Below, one piece after another: positions 39,393 through 48,716 of a stretch of 64,000 nt of DNA; position 1 is the first letter of the stretch; each line of letters starts with the position of its first letter. Source of the stretch: Pseudomonadota bacterium. GTDB taxonomy: Bacteria > Pseudomonadota > Alphaproteobacteria > Reyranellales > Reyranellaceae. The notes beneath the pieces were generated by a model, which was not told where the DNA came from, searched no databases, and was given only the letters and a program-made list of their open reading frames with translations. The stretch covers positions 34 to 64,033 of the forward strand of contig JAIUOX010000009.1 in assembly GCA_020160955.1 (NCBI GenBank), written 5' to 3'. The translations under genes were made by a program, and so were the position numbers.

Positions 39393-39910
39393 CGTACCAG
39401 GTCCTCGATCCCACGCCCGGCGCCGCCTCGGCGACCGGCCGCCTCGCGCCGCGCCTCGACAGGCTGGCCGGCAAGACGGTCGGCTTCATCTCGAACGGCA
39501 AGAAGGGCACCAAGGGCTTCTTCGCCCACCTCGACCGGCTGCTGCGCGAGGAGCACGGCGTGGCGAAGGTGGTGATGCGCACCAAGTCGAACTACAGCGC
39601 CCCGGCCGATCCCGACATCGCCGACGAGATCCGCAACTGGGACGCCATGATCTCCGGCATCGGGGATTGAGGGTCCTGCTCATCGTGCAGTCTGCACGAC
39701 TCCGTGACCGCCGAACGCCTGCTGATCCCCGCCTTCAGCGTGATGACCGAGCGCTTCGCCAGCGCCGCCGACCTGATGAGCCGCGTGCTGGGCTATCCCG
39801 GCTACGCCTATGCCCGCATCGGTCACCCGGTCAGCAGCGCGACCGACGCCGAGCTCGAACGCTTTGCCCGTGCCGCGCTCGAGCAGGGCGTGCCGATGCT
39901 GGTGAAGTGA
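39389..39910 (+). CDS. UGSC-family selenoprotein (in-frame TGA 39668-39670 read as Sec), 173 aa
   Basis: Same frame continues across TGA: SGIGD-U-GSCSSCSLHDSVTAERLLIP; joins ORF-track pieces ending at 39670 and 39704..39910; SECIS-like hairpin directly downstream. Confidence 0.85.
39672..39709 (+). promoter_or_regulatory. Putative bacterial SECIS element
   Basis: Upper stem TCGTGCA(GTC)TGCACGA 39683-39699 with loop G at +20 from the UGA; lower stem GGTC/GACC. Confidence 0.7.
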
Positions 39911-39982
39911 AGGGTCTTCCGGGACCGCGGGCCTCCGGCCCGCTCGTGAGCGCGCGGGACGCGCGCGGTCCCAGGACCCTTC
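39909..39982. repeat. REP-like nested inverted repeat between convergent genes
   Basis: GAAGGGTC...GACCCTTC enclosing GGGACCGCG...CGCGGTCCC and two small hairpins. Confidence 0.65.
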
Positions 39983-39990
39983 TTCTTTGC

Positions 39991-40335
39991 CTACGGCAAT
40001 TCCAGGCTGACGCAGACCGCGGCGCTGGCGATCACCGCCGGGTCGTTGTTCTCGGGGTCGGGGATGTCGAGCCCGCCCTTCACCGCCTTCACCGTGACGA
40101 TGCCGTAGGGCAGGGACGCCTTGACCTTGTCGAGGTCGACCTTGTCGGGCTGCTGCACGCCGATCGTGACGTCGACGAACATGCCGGTCTTCGGGTTGAC
40201 CTTGAGCGTCCGGATCATGGTGAGCGAGCTGTGGTGCAGGCAATCCTGGACGGCGCGCAGGGCGGCCTTGGTGTAGTCGCCGCCGTGCAGGTCGTTGCCG
40301 GTGCCGAGTTCGAGGATGACGCGCTTCGCGGGCAT
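39991..40335 (-). CDS. Lin0512-family protein
   Basis: KRVILELGTGNDLHGGDYTKAALRAVQD, V.IGVQQP, LPYG, VKGGL. Confidence 0.85.
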   Translation of the reverse strand: MPAKRVILELGTGNDLHGGDYTKAALRAVQDCLHHSSLTMIRTLKVNPKTGMFVDVTIGVQQPDKVDLDKVKASLPYGIVTVKAVKGGLDIPDPENNDPAVIASAAVCVSLELP

Positions 40336-40345
40336 GCCGGGCCTC

Positions 40346-40684
40346 CTACAGGTCGAGCCGGACGACGGCCGCCGCCTGGGCGATCACCGTGCGGTCCGTG
40401 CCCGCTTCGTTGGGGATCTCGAGGCCGCCCTCGACCACCGTGACGGTGCCGGTGCCGTGCGGCAGCACCGCCAGCACCTCTGCCTTGTCGACCAGCTCGG
40501 GCCTCGGCACGCCGATCAGCACCTCGACGGTCATGTCGTCGGCCGACTTGCCGACCGCCGTCGCGACGGTCAGCGAGTTGTGCCACAGCGCGTCGCGCAG
40601 GGCGCGGACGGCGGCCTTGGTGTAGTCGCCGCCGCGGATGTCGGTGCCCATGCCGATCTCGAGCGCCACTCGTTTCAGCGCCAT
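40346..40684 (-). CDS. Lin0512-family protein (paralogue)
   Basis: AGGAGG RBS; KRVALEIGMGTDIRGGDYTKAAVRALRD, IGVPRP, LPHG, VEGGL. Confidence 0.85.
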   Translation of the reverse strand: MALKRVALEIGMGTDIRGGDYTKAAVRALRDALWHNSLTVATAVGKSADDMTVEVLIGVPRPELVDKAEVLAVLPHGTGTVTVVEGGLEIPNEAGTDRTVIAQAAAVVRLDL

Positions 40685-40698
40685 GACGGACCTCCTGT

Positions 40699-41670
40699 TC
40701 AGCCCTGCTGTGCCAGGCCGGCCTTGATCAGCAGCGGCTTGACGTCGACGTAGTATTTCTCCGCGAAGGCGCGGTACTCGGCCGGGTTCTTGTACCACGG
40801 CAACTGGAGGAACTTCTCGAGGTACTCGTTGACCTTCGGGTCGCCCATCGCCTCCTTGTAGGCGAGGTAGATCGCCTCGACGACCTCGGGGGCCATGCCC
40901 TTGGGGCCGACGATGCCGTAGGGGCTCTGGCCGACGACGTTGATGCCGCGCTCCACCAGGGTCGGCGCGTCCTTGTACTTCGGGATGCGCTGCTCGGTCG
41001 CCATGGCGAGGATGCGGCACTGGCCGTTGTCGACGAACGGCGCCCATTGCGCGGCGTCGCACAGGAAGTGGACCTGGTCGCTGAGCAGCGCCTGCATCCA
41101 CTCCGCGCCGCCCTTGTAGGGGACGTGGGTGAACTTCGCGCCGGTCACCTGCTCGACCTCGATCATGGTCAGCTGGCCGGTGCCGCCGATGCCGGAAGTG
41201 CCGTAGTTGAACTTCTCCGGCTCCTTCTTGCCGGCGGCGATCAGCTCCTCGAGCGTCTGCCACGGCGCGGTCGACTTCACCACGATGCCCATCGTGTAGC
41301 CCGACAGTCCGCAGATGTAGGTGAAGTCCTTGAGCGGGTCCCAGTTGGTCTTCTGGTAGTGCGGGTAGCGCAGGCTGTTGATGCTCATGCAGGCCAGCGC
41401 GCTGCCGTCCGGCTTGGCGTTGAGCAGCATGGCCGGCGCCAGCGTGCCGGCCGCGCCGGCCTTGACGTCGACCAGGACCTGCTGGCCCAGCACCTTCGAC
41501 ACGGTCTCGCCCAGCATGCGGATGTGGACGTCGGTCACGCCGCCGGCGGCGAACGGGTTGTAGACGGTGACCGGACGGTCCGGCTTCCAGCGGGCCTGGC
41601 CCCGCGCCACCATCGGCGCGGCCAGCAGGGTGGCGCCGGCAAGACCGGCGAATCGACGACGCTGCAACAC
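40699..41670 (-). CDS. Bug/TctC tripartite tricarboxylate transporter substrate-binding protein
   Basis: PFAAGGVTD, AKPDG, HVPYKGG, PTLVERG. Confidence 0.9.
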   Translation of the reverse strand: MLQRRRFAGLAGATLLAAPMVARGQARWKPDRPVTVYNPFAAGGVTDVHIRMLGETVSKVLGQQVLVDVKAGAAGTLAPAMLLNAKPDGSALACMSINSLRYPHYQKTNWDPLKDFTYICGLSGYTMGIVVKSTAPWQTLEELIAAGKKEPEKFNYGTSGIGGTGQLTMIEVEQVTGAKFTHVPYKGGAEWMQALLSDQVHFLCDAAQWAPFVDNGQCRILAMATEQRIPKYKDAPTLVERGINVVGQSPYGIVGPKGMAPEVVEAIYLAYKEAMGDPKVNEYLEKFLQLPWYKNPAEYRAFAEKYYVDVKPLLIKAGLAQQG

Positions 41671-41731
41671 GGTGTGTTCCTCCCAGAACCTGGACCCGTT
41701 GATACAGGCCCGGGAGGAGGGCGTTAAGCCC

Positions 41732-42136
41732 CTACTTCTTGTCCGTGCGGCGGAACGCGTCGACGCTCAGCGGGCCCGGCCCGGCGACCGCGAGGTAGAG
41801 GAAGACGAAGGAGTAGAGGGCCGCCAGCTCGCCCTTGTTCAGGAGCGGGAAGAAGCCCTGCGGGGCGTGGACCATGAAGTAGGCGACCGCGGTCATGCCC
41901 GAGGCGATGAAGGCGGCGCTGCGGCTGAACAGCCCGATCACCAGCAGGCCGCCGCACACCAGCTCGATGATCCCGGCGTAGCCCGGCAGCGTCCAGATGT
42001 TGAAGTTGCCCGGAACGACGTTGGCGGGGAACTTCAGGATCTTGCCGGTGCCATGCTGCAGCAGCAGGAGCCCCGACATGATGCGCATGACGCTGAGCAG
42101 CGGCCCCCGCAGGGCCGCGCAGATGGATTCGAACAT
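41732..42136 (-). CDS. DoxX-family membrane protein
   Basis: RIMSGLLLLQHGTGK, ELVCGGLL, MTAVAYFMVH, NKGELAALY, GPGPLSVD. Confidence 0.88.
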   Translation of the reverse strand: MFESICAALRGPLLSVMRIMSGLLLLQHGTGKILKFPANVVPGNFNIWTLPGYAGIIELVCGGLLVIGLFSRSAAFIASGMTAVAYFMVHAPQGFFPLLNKGELAALYSFVFLYLAVAGPGPLSVDAFRRTDKK

Positions 42137-42341
42137 CGAAGTCTCCCCTTTGTCTGGCGTCGATCTTGTGGGGCGCCCAGCTTCCCGACAAGCCACCGCG
42201 GTCGTAACCCGATCACGGTTCCGTAAGCTAGCCCTCGCCCCGGCCGCGGTGTTTGCTATAGTCGCGGCCAATTGACCGGCCGCCAGAGCCGGCAAACCAA
42301 TAAGAACGGGACGGTCGCGGCCGTCTGCGAGTGGAGGAAAG

Positions 42342-43394
<1,053 letters not shown>

Positions 43395-43453
43395 CGACGG
43401 CCGTCAGAGTTCGGGGAGTAGAGGCAACAAGACGTCAAACGGAGGAAACGAAA

Positions 43454-44779
43454 ATGGTGTTCATCATCCGGCGCCGCGAGGCCCTCATCGGCGCGGCCGC
43501 AACCGCCCTCGCGCTGTCGCGCGGGGCCAACGGCCAGACCATTCCCAAGGCCGACGTGGCGGCTCCCAAGTTCGACCCGGAGAAGGGCGCGAGCCTGCGC
43601 GTGCTGCGCCCGGCCCGCTTCGTCGAGCCTGACGAGGTGATCTTCCGCGCCAACACCGCCAAGTTCACCAAGGACACCGGCATCGACGTCCGCGTCGACT
43701 TCGTCGGCTGGGAGGACCTGCGCCAGCAGGCCGCCGTGTCGGCCAACACCGGCGCCGGCCCGGACATCGTGCTCGGCTGGGCCGAGGACCCGCACATCTA
43801 CGCCGACAAGGTGTCCGAGCTCAGCGACGTCGCCGAGTACCTCGGCAAGAAGTACGGCGGCTGGATGTTCCTCGGCGAGAAGTACGGCAAGAAGGCCGGC
43901 ACCAACAACTGGATCGGCCTGCCGATGGGCGGCACGACCGGGCCGCTGGTCTACCGCGAGTCGGCGGTCAAGGAAGCCGGCTTCGACAAGGTGCCGACCA
44001 CACACGCCGACTTCCTCAAGCTCTGCCAGAACCTCAAGAAGAACAACAAGCCGGCGGGCTTCGCGCTGGGCAACGCGGTGGGCGACGGCAACGGCTTCGC
44101 CAACTGGCTGATCTGGTCGCACGGCGGCTTCCTCGTCGACGAGGGTGGCAAGGTCGCGATCAACAGCAAGGAGACGATCAACGCGCTGAAGTACCTCAAG
44201 GAGCTGTACCCGACCTTCGTGCCGGGCACGCTGTCGTGGGGCGACGTCAGCAACAACCGCGCCTTCGCCGCCAACGAGCTGTTCCTGACGGCCAACGGCG
44301 TGTCGCTCTACTTCGCGGTGAAGAACGATCCCGCGACCAAGGCGATCGCCGACGACACCAACCACGCGCCGCTGGTGCAGGGCGTGGCGCCGAGCGAGCC
44401 GCAGTCGGCGACGATCCTGAACGCCATGCTGTTCAAGCACTCGAAGAACCAGAACGCCGCCAAGGCGTACCTGACCTACATGATGGAAGCCGAGCAGTAC
44501 GACCCGTGGCTGGTCGGTTGCCTCGGCTACTGGGCGCACCCGCTGAACGCCTACGGCAACAGCAAGGTGTGGGCCAGCGATCCCAAGCTGGCGGTCTACA
44601 AGAACGGCATGAACAACAAGTTCTGGACCGGCTACAAGGGACCGATCACGCAGGCGGCCGGCACCGTCGCGGCCGAGTACATCCTGGTGCAGATGTGCGC
44701 CGCGGTGGCCTCGGGCCAGGCGACGCCGGAGGACGCGGCCAAGGAAGCCGAGCGTCGCACCCGCCGCTACTACCGCTGA
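43454..44779 (+). CDS. Sugar ABC transporter substrate-binding protein
   Basis: GGAGG RBS; IRRREAL Tat-like signal; WGDVSNNRAF. Confidence 0.88.
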   Translation: MVFIIRRREALIGAAATALALSRGANGQTIPKADVAAPKFDPEKGASLRVLRPARFVEPDEVIFRANTAKFTKDTGIDVRVDFVGWEDLRQQAAVSANTGAGPDIVLGWAEDPHIYADKVSELSDVAEYLGKKYGGWMFLGEKYGKKAGTNNWIGLPMGGTTGPLVYRESAVKEAGFDKVPTTHADFLKLCQNLKKNNKPAGFALGNAVGDGNGFANWLIWSHGGFLVDEGGKVAINSKETINALKYLKELYPTFVPGTLSWGDVSNNRAFAANELFLTANGVSLYFAVKNDPATKAIADDTNHAPLVQGVAPSEPQSATILNAMLFKHSKNQNAAKAYLTYMMEAEQYDPWLVGCLGYWAHPLNAYGNSKVWASDPKLAVYKNGMNNKFWTGYKGPITQAAGTVAAEYILVQMCAAVASGQATPEDAAKEAERRTRRYYR

Positions 44780-44879
44780 TCTCCTGCCGGGGGCGCGGAC
44801 AGCGGTCCGCGCCCCTCCAGGGCAGCCATCCAGGGCACCCGCCCGAGCCTTCGCCCCCGAGCCCTCATCCGAGGATCGC

Positions 44880-45836
44880 ATGACCGTCGCCACCGTCACC
44901 GACTGGAGCCGCAGCCGCCCGCAACCGGGCTGGTTCATGCGCGCCCTCGACTACAAGCCGCTCCTGATCCTGGTGTGCCTGTTGCCGGCGGCCGGCCTGC
45001 TGACGGTCTTCCTGACCTACCCGCTGGGGCTGGGCATCTGGCTCGCCTTCACCGACACCAAGATCGGCCGCACCGGCCAGTGGATCGGGCTGGAGAACTT
45101 CGAGTACCTGCTCGAGGACCCGCTGTTCTGGAAGGCGGTGTTCTACAGCGTGTTCTACACCGCGGTCGCGACCTTCGGTAAGTTCGCGCTCGGCCTGTGG
45201 CTGGCGCTGCTGCTCAACAACCACCTGCCGTTCAAGAGCCTGCTGCGCGCCATCATCTTGCTGCCGTGGATCGTGCCGACCGTGCTGTCGGCGATCGCCT
45301 TCTGGTGGATCTACGACCCGCAGTTCTCGATCCTGTCCTACCTCGCGGTCGACGTGCTGGGCATTCGCACCACCAACTTCGACTTCCTGTCGACGGTGTG
45401 GCCGGCGCGCTGGTCGCTGATCGCCGCCAACATCTGGCGCGGCATCCCGTTCGTCGCGATCTCGCTGCTGGCCGGCCTGCAGACCATCTCGCCCTCGCTC
45501 TACGAGGCGGCCCTGCTCGACGGGTCCACGGCGTGGCAGCGCTTCCGCTACATCACCTTCCCGCTGCTGATGCCGATCCTGGCGATCGTCATGACCTTCT
45601 CGATCATCTTCACCTTCACCGACTTCCAGCTGGTCTACGCGATCACCCGCGGCGGCCCGGTGAACTCGACCCACCTGATGGCGACGCTGGCCTTCCAGCG
45701 CGGCATCGCCGGCGGCGAACTGGGCGAGGGCGCGGCGATCGCGGTGTCGATGATCCCGTTCCTCGTGTTCGCCACCTTGTTCAGCTATTTCGCGCTGGCC
45801 CGCCGCAAGTGGCAGCAGGGAGAGGCCAATGACTGA
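44880..45836 (+). CDS. Sugar ABC transporter permease
   Basis: WIGLENF, LYEAALLDG, TRGGP. Confidence 0.93.
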   Translation: MTVATVTDWSRSRPQPGWFMRALDYKPLLILVCLLPAAGLLTVFLTYPLGLGIWLAFTDTKIGRTGQWIGLENFEYLLEDPLFWKAVFYSVFYTAVATFGKFALGLWLALLLNNHLPFKSLLRAIILLPWIVPTVLSAIAFWWIYDPQFSILSYLAVDVLGIRTTNFDFLSTVWPARWSLIAANIWRGIPFVAISLLAGLQTISPSLYEAALLDGSTAWQRFRYITFPLLMPILAIVMTFSIIFTFTDFQLVYAITRGGPVNSTHLMATLAFQRGIAGGELGEGAAIAVSMIPFLVFATLFSYFALARRKWQQGEAND

Positions 45837-46728
45837 CCAGGCGGCAAGCGACACTCCCTCGTCGGCGACCGCGCCGGCCGAGCAAATGGCGTGGGACAGC
45901 AAAGCCCGGCGGGTGGTGACGCTCTACCTGCCGCTGGCCTGCTTCGTGATCATCCTGCTGTTCCCGTTCTACTGGATGGCGATCACGTCGTTCAAACCGA
46001 ACGCCGAGCTCTACGACTTCAAGACCCACAACCCGTTCTGGATCACCAGTCCGACCCTCGACCACATCTACAAGCTGCTGTTCGAGACGGCCTACCCGCG
46101 CTGGCTGGTGACGACCATGAGCGTCGCCGTCGGCGCGACCTTCCTGTCGCTGCTGTCGAGCGTGCTGGCGGCCTATGCGATCCAGCGTCTGCGCTTCAAG
46201 GGCAGCCAGTATGTCGGGCTGGGCATCTACCTCGCCTACCTGGTGCCGCCGTCGATCCTGTTCATCCCGCTGGCGACCACGGTCTACCAGCTGGGCCTGT
46301 TCGACACGCCGCTGGCGCTGATCCTGACCTACCCGACCTTCCTGGTGCCGTTCTGCACCTGGCTGCTGATCGGCTACTTCAAGTCGATCCCCTACGAGCT
46401 GGAGGAGTGCGCCCTGATCGACGGGGCGACGCGCCTGCAGATCCTGCGTCGCATCACGCTGCCGCTGGCCGTGCCGGGCCTGATCTCGGCCGGCATCTTC
46501 TCGTTCACCCTGTCGTGGAACGAGTTCATCTACGCCCTGGCCTTCATCCAGAGCAGCGAGAAGAAGACCGTGCCGGTCGCGATCCTGACCGAGCTGGTAT
46601 CGGGCGACGTCTACCAGTGGGGCGCGCTGATGGCCGGCTCGCTGCTCGGCTCGCTGCCGGTCGCGATCTTCTACTCGTTCTTCGTCGACTACTACGTCTC
46701 GTCGCTGACCGGCGCGGTCAAGGAATAG
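45829..46728 (+). CDS. Sugar ABC transporter permease
   Basis: IPYELEECALIDGA, SWNEFIYA. Confidence 0.93.
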   Translation: MTDQAASDTPSSATAPAEQMAWDSKARRVVTLYLPLACFVIILLFPFYWMAITSFKPNAELYDFKTHNPFWITSPTLDHIYKLLFETAYPRWLVTTMSVAVGATFLSLLSSVLAAYAIQRLRFKGSQYVGLGIYLAYLVPPSILFIPLATTVYQLGLFDTPLALILTYPTFLVPFCTWLLIGYFKSIPYELEECALIDGATRLQILRRITLPLAVPGLISAGIFSFTLSWNEFIYALAFIQSSEKKTVPVAILTELVSGDVYQWGALMAGSLLGSLPVAIFYSFFVDYYVSSLTGAVKE

Positions 46729-46789
46729 CCGCCACCGGGCTCGGCGCGCCGGGGTCCTGCGCCTGTGCACGCCCGGCCGGAACGAGGCG

Positions 46790-47761
46790 TCAGTTCTCGG
46801 GCACCTTGCCGATGCGCTCGACGGCGACCGTGAGCCGCCGGGCGTCGGCGGCCACGAACTCGGCGAAGGCCGGTGCGTCGAGGTAGGCGATCGGCGTCTC
46901 GACCTTGGCCATCGCGTCCCTGAACTCGGGATCCTCGACGGTGCGCCGCACGGCGTCGCGGATCGCCTGCAGGACGGCGGGTGGCGTGCCGGCCGGCGCG
47001 AACACGCCGGACCAGATGGAGAAGGTGGCGTCGTAGCCCAGTTCCTTCATGCTGGGCACGTCGGGCAGCGACGCCAGCCGCTTGTCGCCCCACACCGCCA
47101 GGGCCCGCATCTTGCCCGCCTTGATCTGGCCGATCGCCGCCGCCGGGCCCGAGGCCAGGGCGTCGACCTGGCCGCCGAGCAGCGCCGCCACCGCCGGTCC
47201 GCCGCCCTGGTAGGGCACGTGGAACAGCTTGATGTCGGCGGCACCCGCGAAGATCTCCATCGCGACATGCAGCGTGCCGTACACGCCGGACGAGCCGTAG
47301 TTGATCGTGCCGGGGCGTGCCCTGGCGGCGGCCACGAGGTCGGCCAGCGTGCGGTAGGGACCGTCGGCCCGCACCACCAGCACGGTCGGGTCGGCGCTCA
47401 GCAGCGCCACCGGCGCCAGCTGGTCGAGTTCGTAGGCGGGCGGGCGGCCCTGCAGGCGATCGGCGACCGGCAGCACCGAGATCGACGACAGCGCGACCAG
47501 CAGCGTGTAGCCGTCGGGCGTCGCCCGGGCGGCCTGCGCGGTGCCGACGGCGCCGCCGGCGCCCGGCTTGTTGACCACCACCACCGACTGGCGGGCGAGG
47601 CGGCCCATCACGTGGGCCAGCGGCCGCGCGGTGATGTCGGCGACGCCGCCGGGCGGGAAGGGAACGAACAGCTGGACCGGCTTCGACGGCCAGGCCTCCT
47701 GCGCCGCCGCCGGCAATGCCGGCAGCAGCAGGCTCGCGGCAACGAGCGTGCGCCTCTTCAT
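46790..47761 (-). CDS. Bug/TctC substrate-binding protein
   Basis: VPFPPGGVAD, NKPGAGG, PDGYTLL, HVPYQGGG, LPDVPSMKELG. Confidence 0.92.
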   Translation of the reverse strand: MKRRTLVAASLLLPALPAAAQEAWPSKPVQLFVPFPPGGVADITARPLAHVMGRLARQSVVVVNKPGAGGAVGTAQAARATPDGYTLLVALSSISVLPVADRLQGRPPAYELDQLAPVALLSADPTVLVVRADGPYRTLADLVAAARARPGTINYGSSGVYGTLHVAMEIFAGAADIKLFHVPYQGGGPAVAALLGGQVDALASGPAAAIGQIKAGKMRALAVWGDKRLASLPDVPSMKELGYDATFSIWSGVFAPAGTPPAVLQAIRDAVRRTVEDPEFRDAMAKVETPIAYLDAPAFAEFVAADARRLTVAVERIGKVPEN

Positions 47762-47809
47762 GCGATCCTCCCGGTCGGTGCCGGCCTTGGCGGCCGGTCT
47801 CCCGCCGTC

Positions 47810-48550
47810 TTAGGACGAGGGCTCGGGCTCGTCGAGAGGTGGGTCGAGGGAGGGGTCGAGAGTGGGGTCGATCGACCGGGCGTGCTCGCGCTCGAAGCGC
47901 TCGTTGGTCAGCAGGACCAGCCCGAAGGTCACGACCACGATCGCGACGGTCACGCCGTAGTCCATCAGCCCGCGGATCGCGCGGCCGTCGGGCACCTGGA
48001 TCCAGCCGAGGTTCTGGGCCAGCAGCGAGGCGGCGCGGACGAGGCGCGCCAGCGCGATGGTGGCGAGGCCGTAGGCGACGACCTTGCGGCTGCGCAGGCC
48101 GTCGATCCGGCCGCCGCGCCACGCCTCCCAGCCGGCGGCGCCGGCCAGCAGGGCGATCACCAGCGAGAACACCATCGACTGGCCGCGCGTCGGGTCGACC
48201 TGCCACGCCATGGTGAACAGCGCCGAGAAGACGATGGTGAAGGCGACCACGACCGAGGCCATCAGCTCGGTCGACAGGGTCGCGTCGTTGAACCGCCGCA
48301 TCCCCATCCACATGCAGGTGTAGCCGGCCACGAATACCGCGTTGCCCAGCAGGATGAAGCGGAACGAGGTGTCGGCGCCGCGCAGGCTGAACAGGACGTA
48401 GCCGATGCTGCTCATCAGCAGGGCCGCCGCCCAGCCGCGCAGGCCCGGGCCGCCGCGGTGGTTGTACCAGCACAGCAGCGAGATGCCGGCCGCCGTCACG
48501 GCGACGATCATGCTGACCAGCTGCAGGGTCTGGGCGTGGAACGGGGTCAT
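47810..48550 (-). CDS. Multi-pass membrane protein resembling the sensor region of diguanylate cyclases, without output domain
   Basis: About 7 hydrophobic segments; ends FGLVLLTNERFERE..RSIDP followed by LDPx repeats. Confidence 0.6.
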   Translation of the reverse strand: MTPFHAQTLQLVSMIVAVTAAGISLLCWYNHRGGPGLRGWAAALLMSSIGYVLFSLRGADTSFRFILLGNAVFVAGYTCMWMGMRRFNDATLSTELMASVVVAFTIVFSALFTMAWQVDPTRGQSMVFSLVIALLAGAAGWEAWRGGRIDGLRSRKVVAYGLATIALARLVRAASLLAQNLGWIQVPDGRAIRGLMDYGVTVAIVVVTFGLVLLTNERFEREHARSIDPTLDPSLDPPLDEPEPSS

Positions 48551-48716
48551 TCGCGGGCCGGACCCTAGCGCGGCGGCCGGCGCGGGTCACCTCCCTGCCG
48601 CGCTGCACCATCGGGCGGAGTGGCGCGTTGAACCGACGCGACGACGCCATCCGCGGCCGCGCGCCGGCCTTCCGCGAGACCGTGGCGGCGGCTAGTCTCC
48701 CCCTCGGGGGAGTTGC

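Noticed and set aside
38966-39910. ORF-track calls 38966..39670 and 39704..39910 as two genes or a nonsense pseudogene
   Set aside because: They are in the same frame, the TGA sits in a UGSC motif with a SECIS-like hairpin, and there is no RBS before 39704; Sec read-through explains the data better
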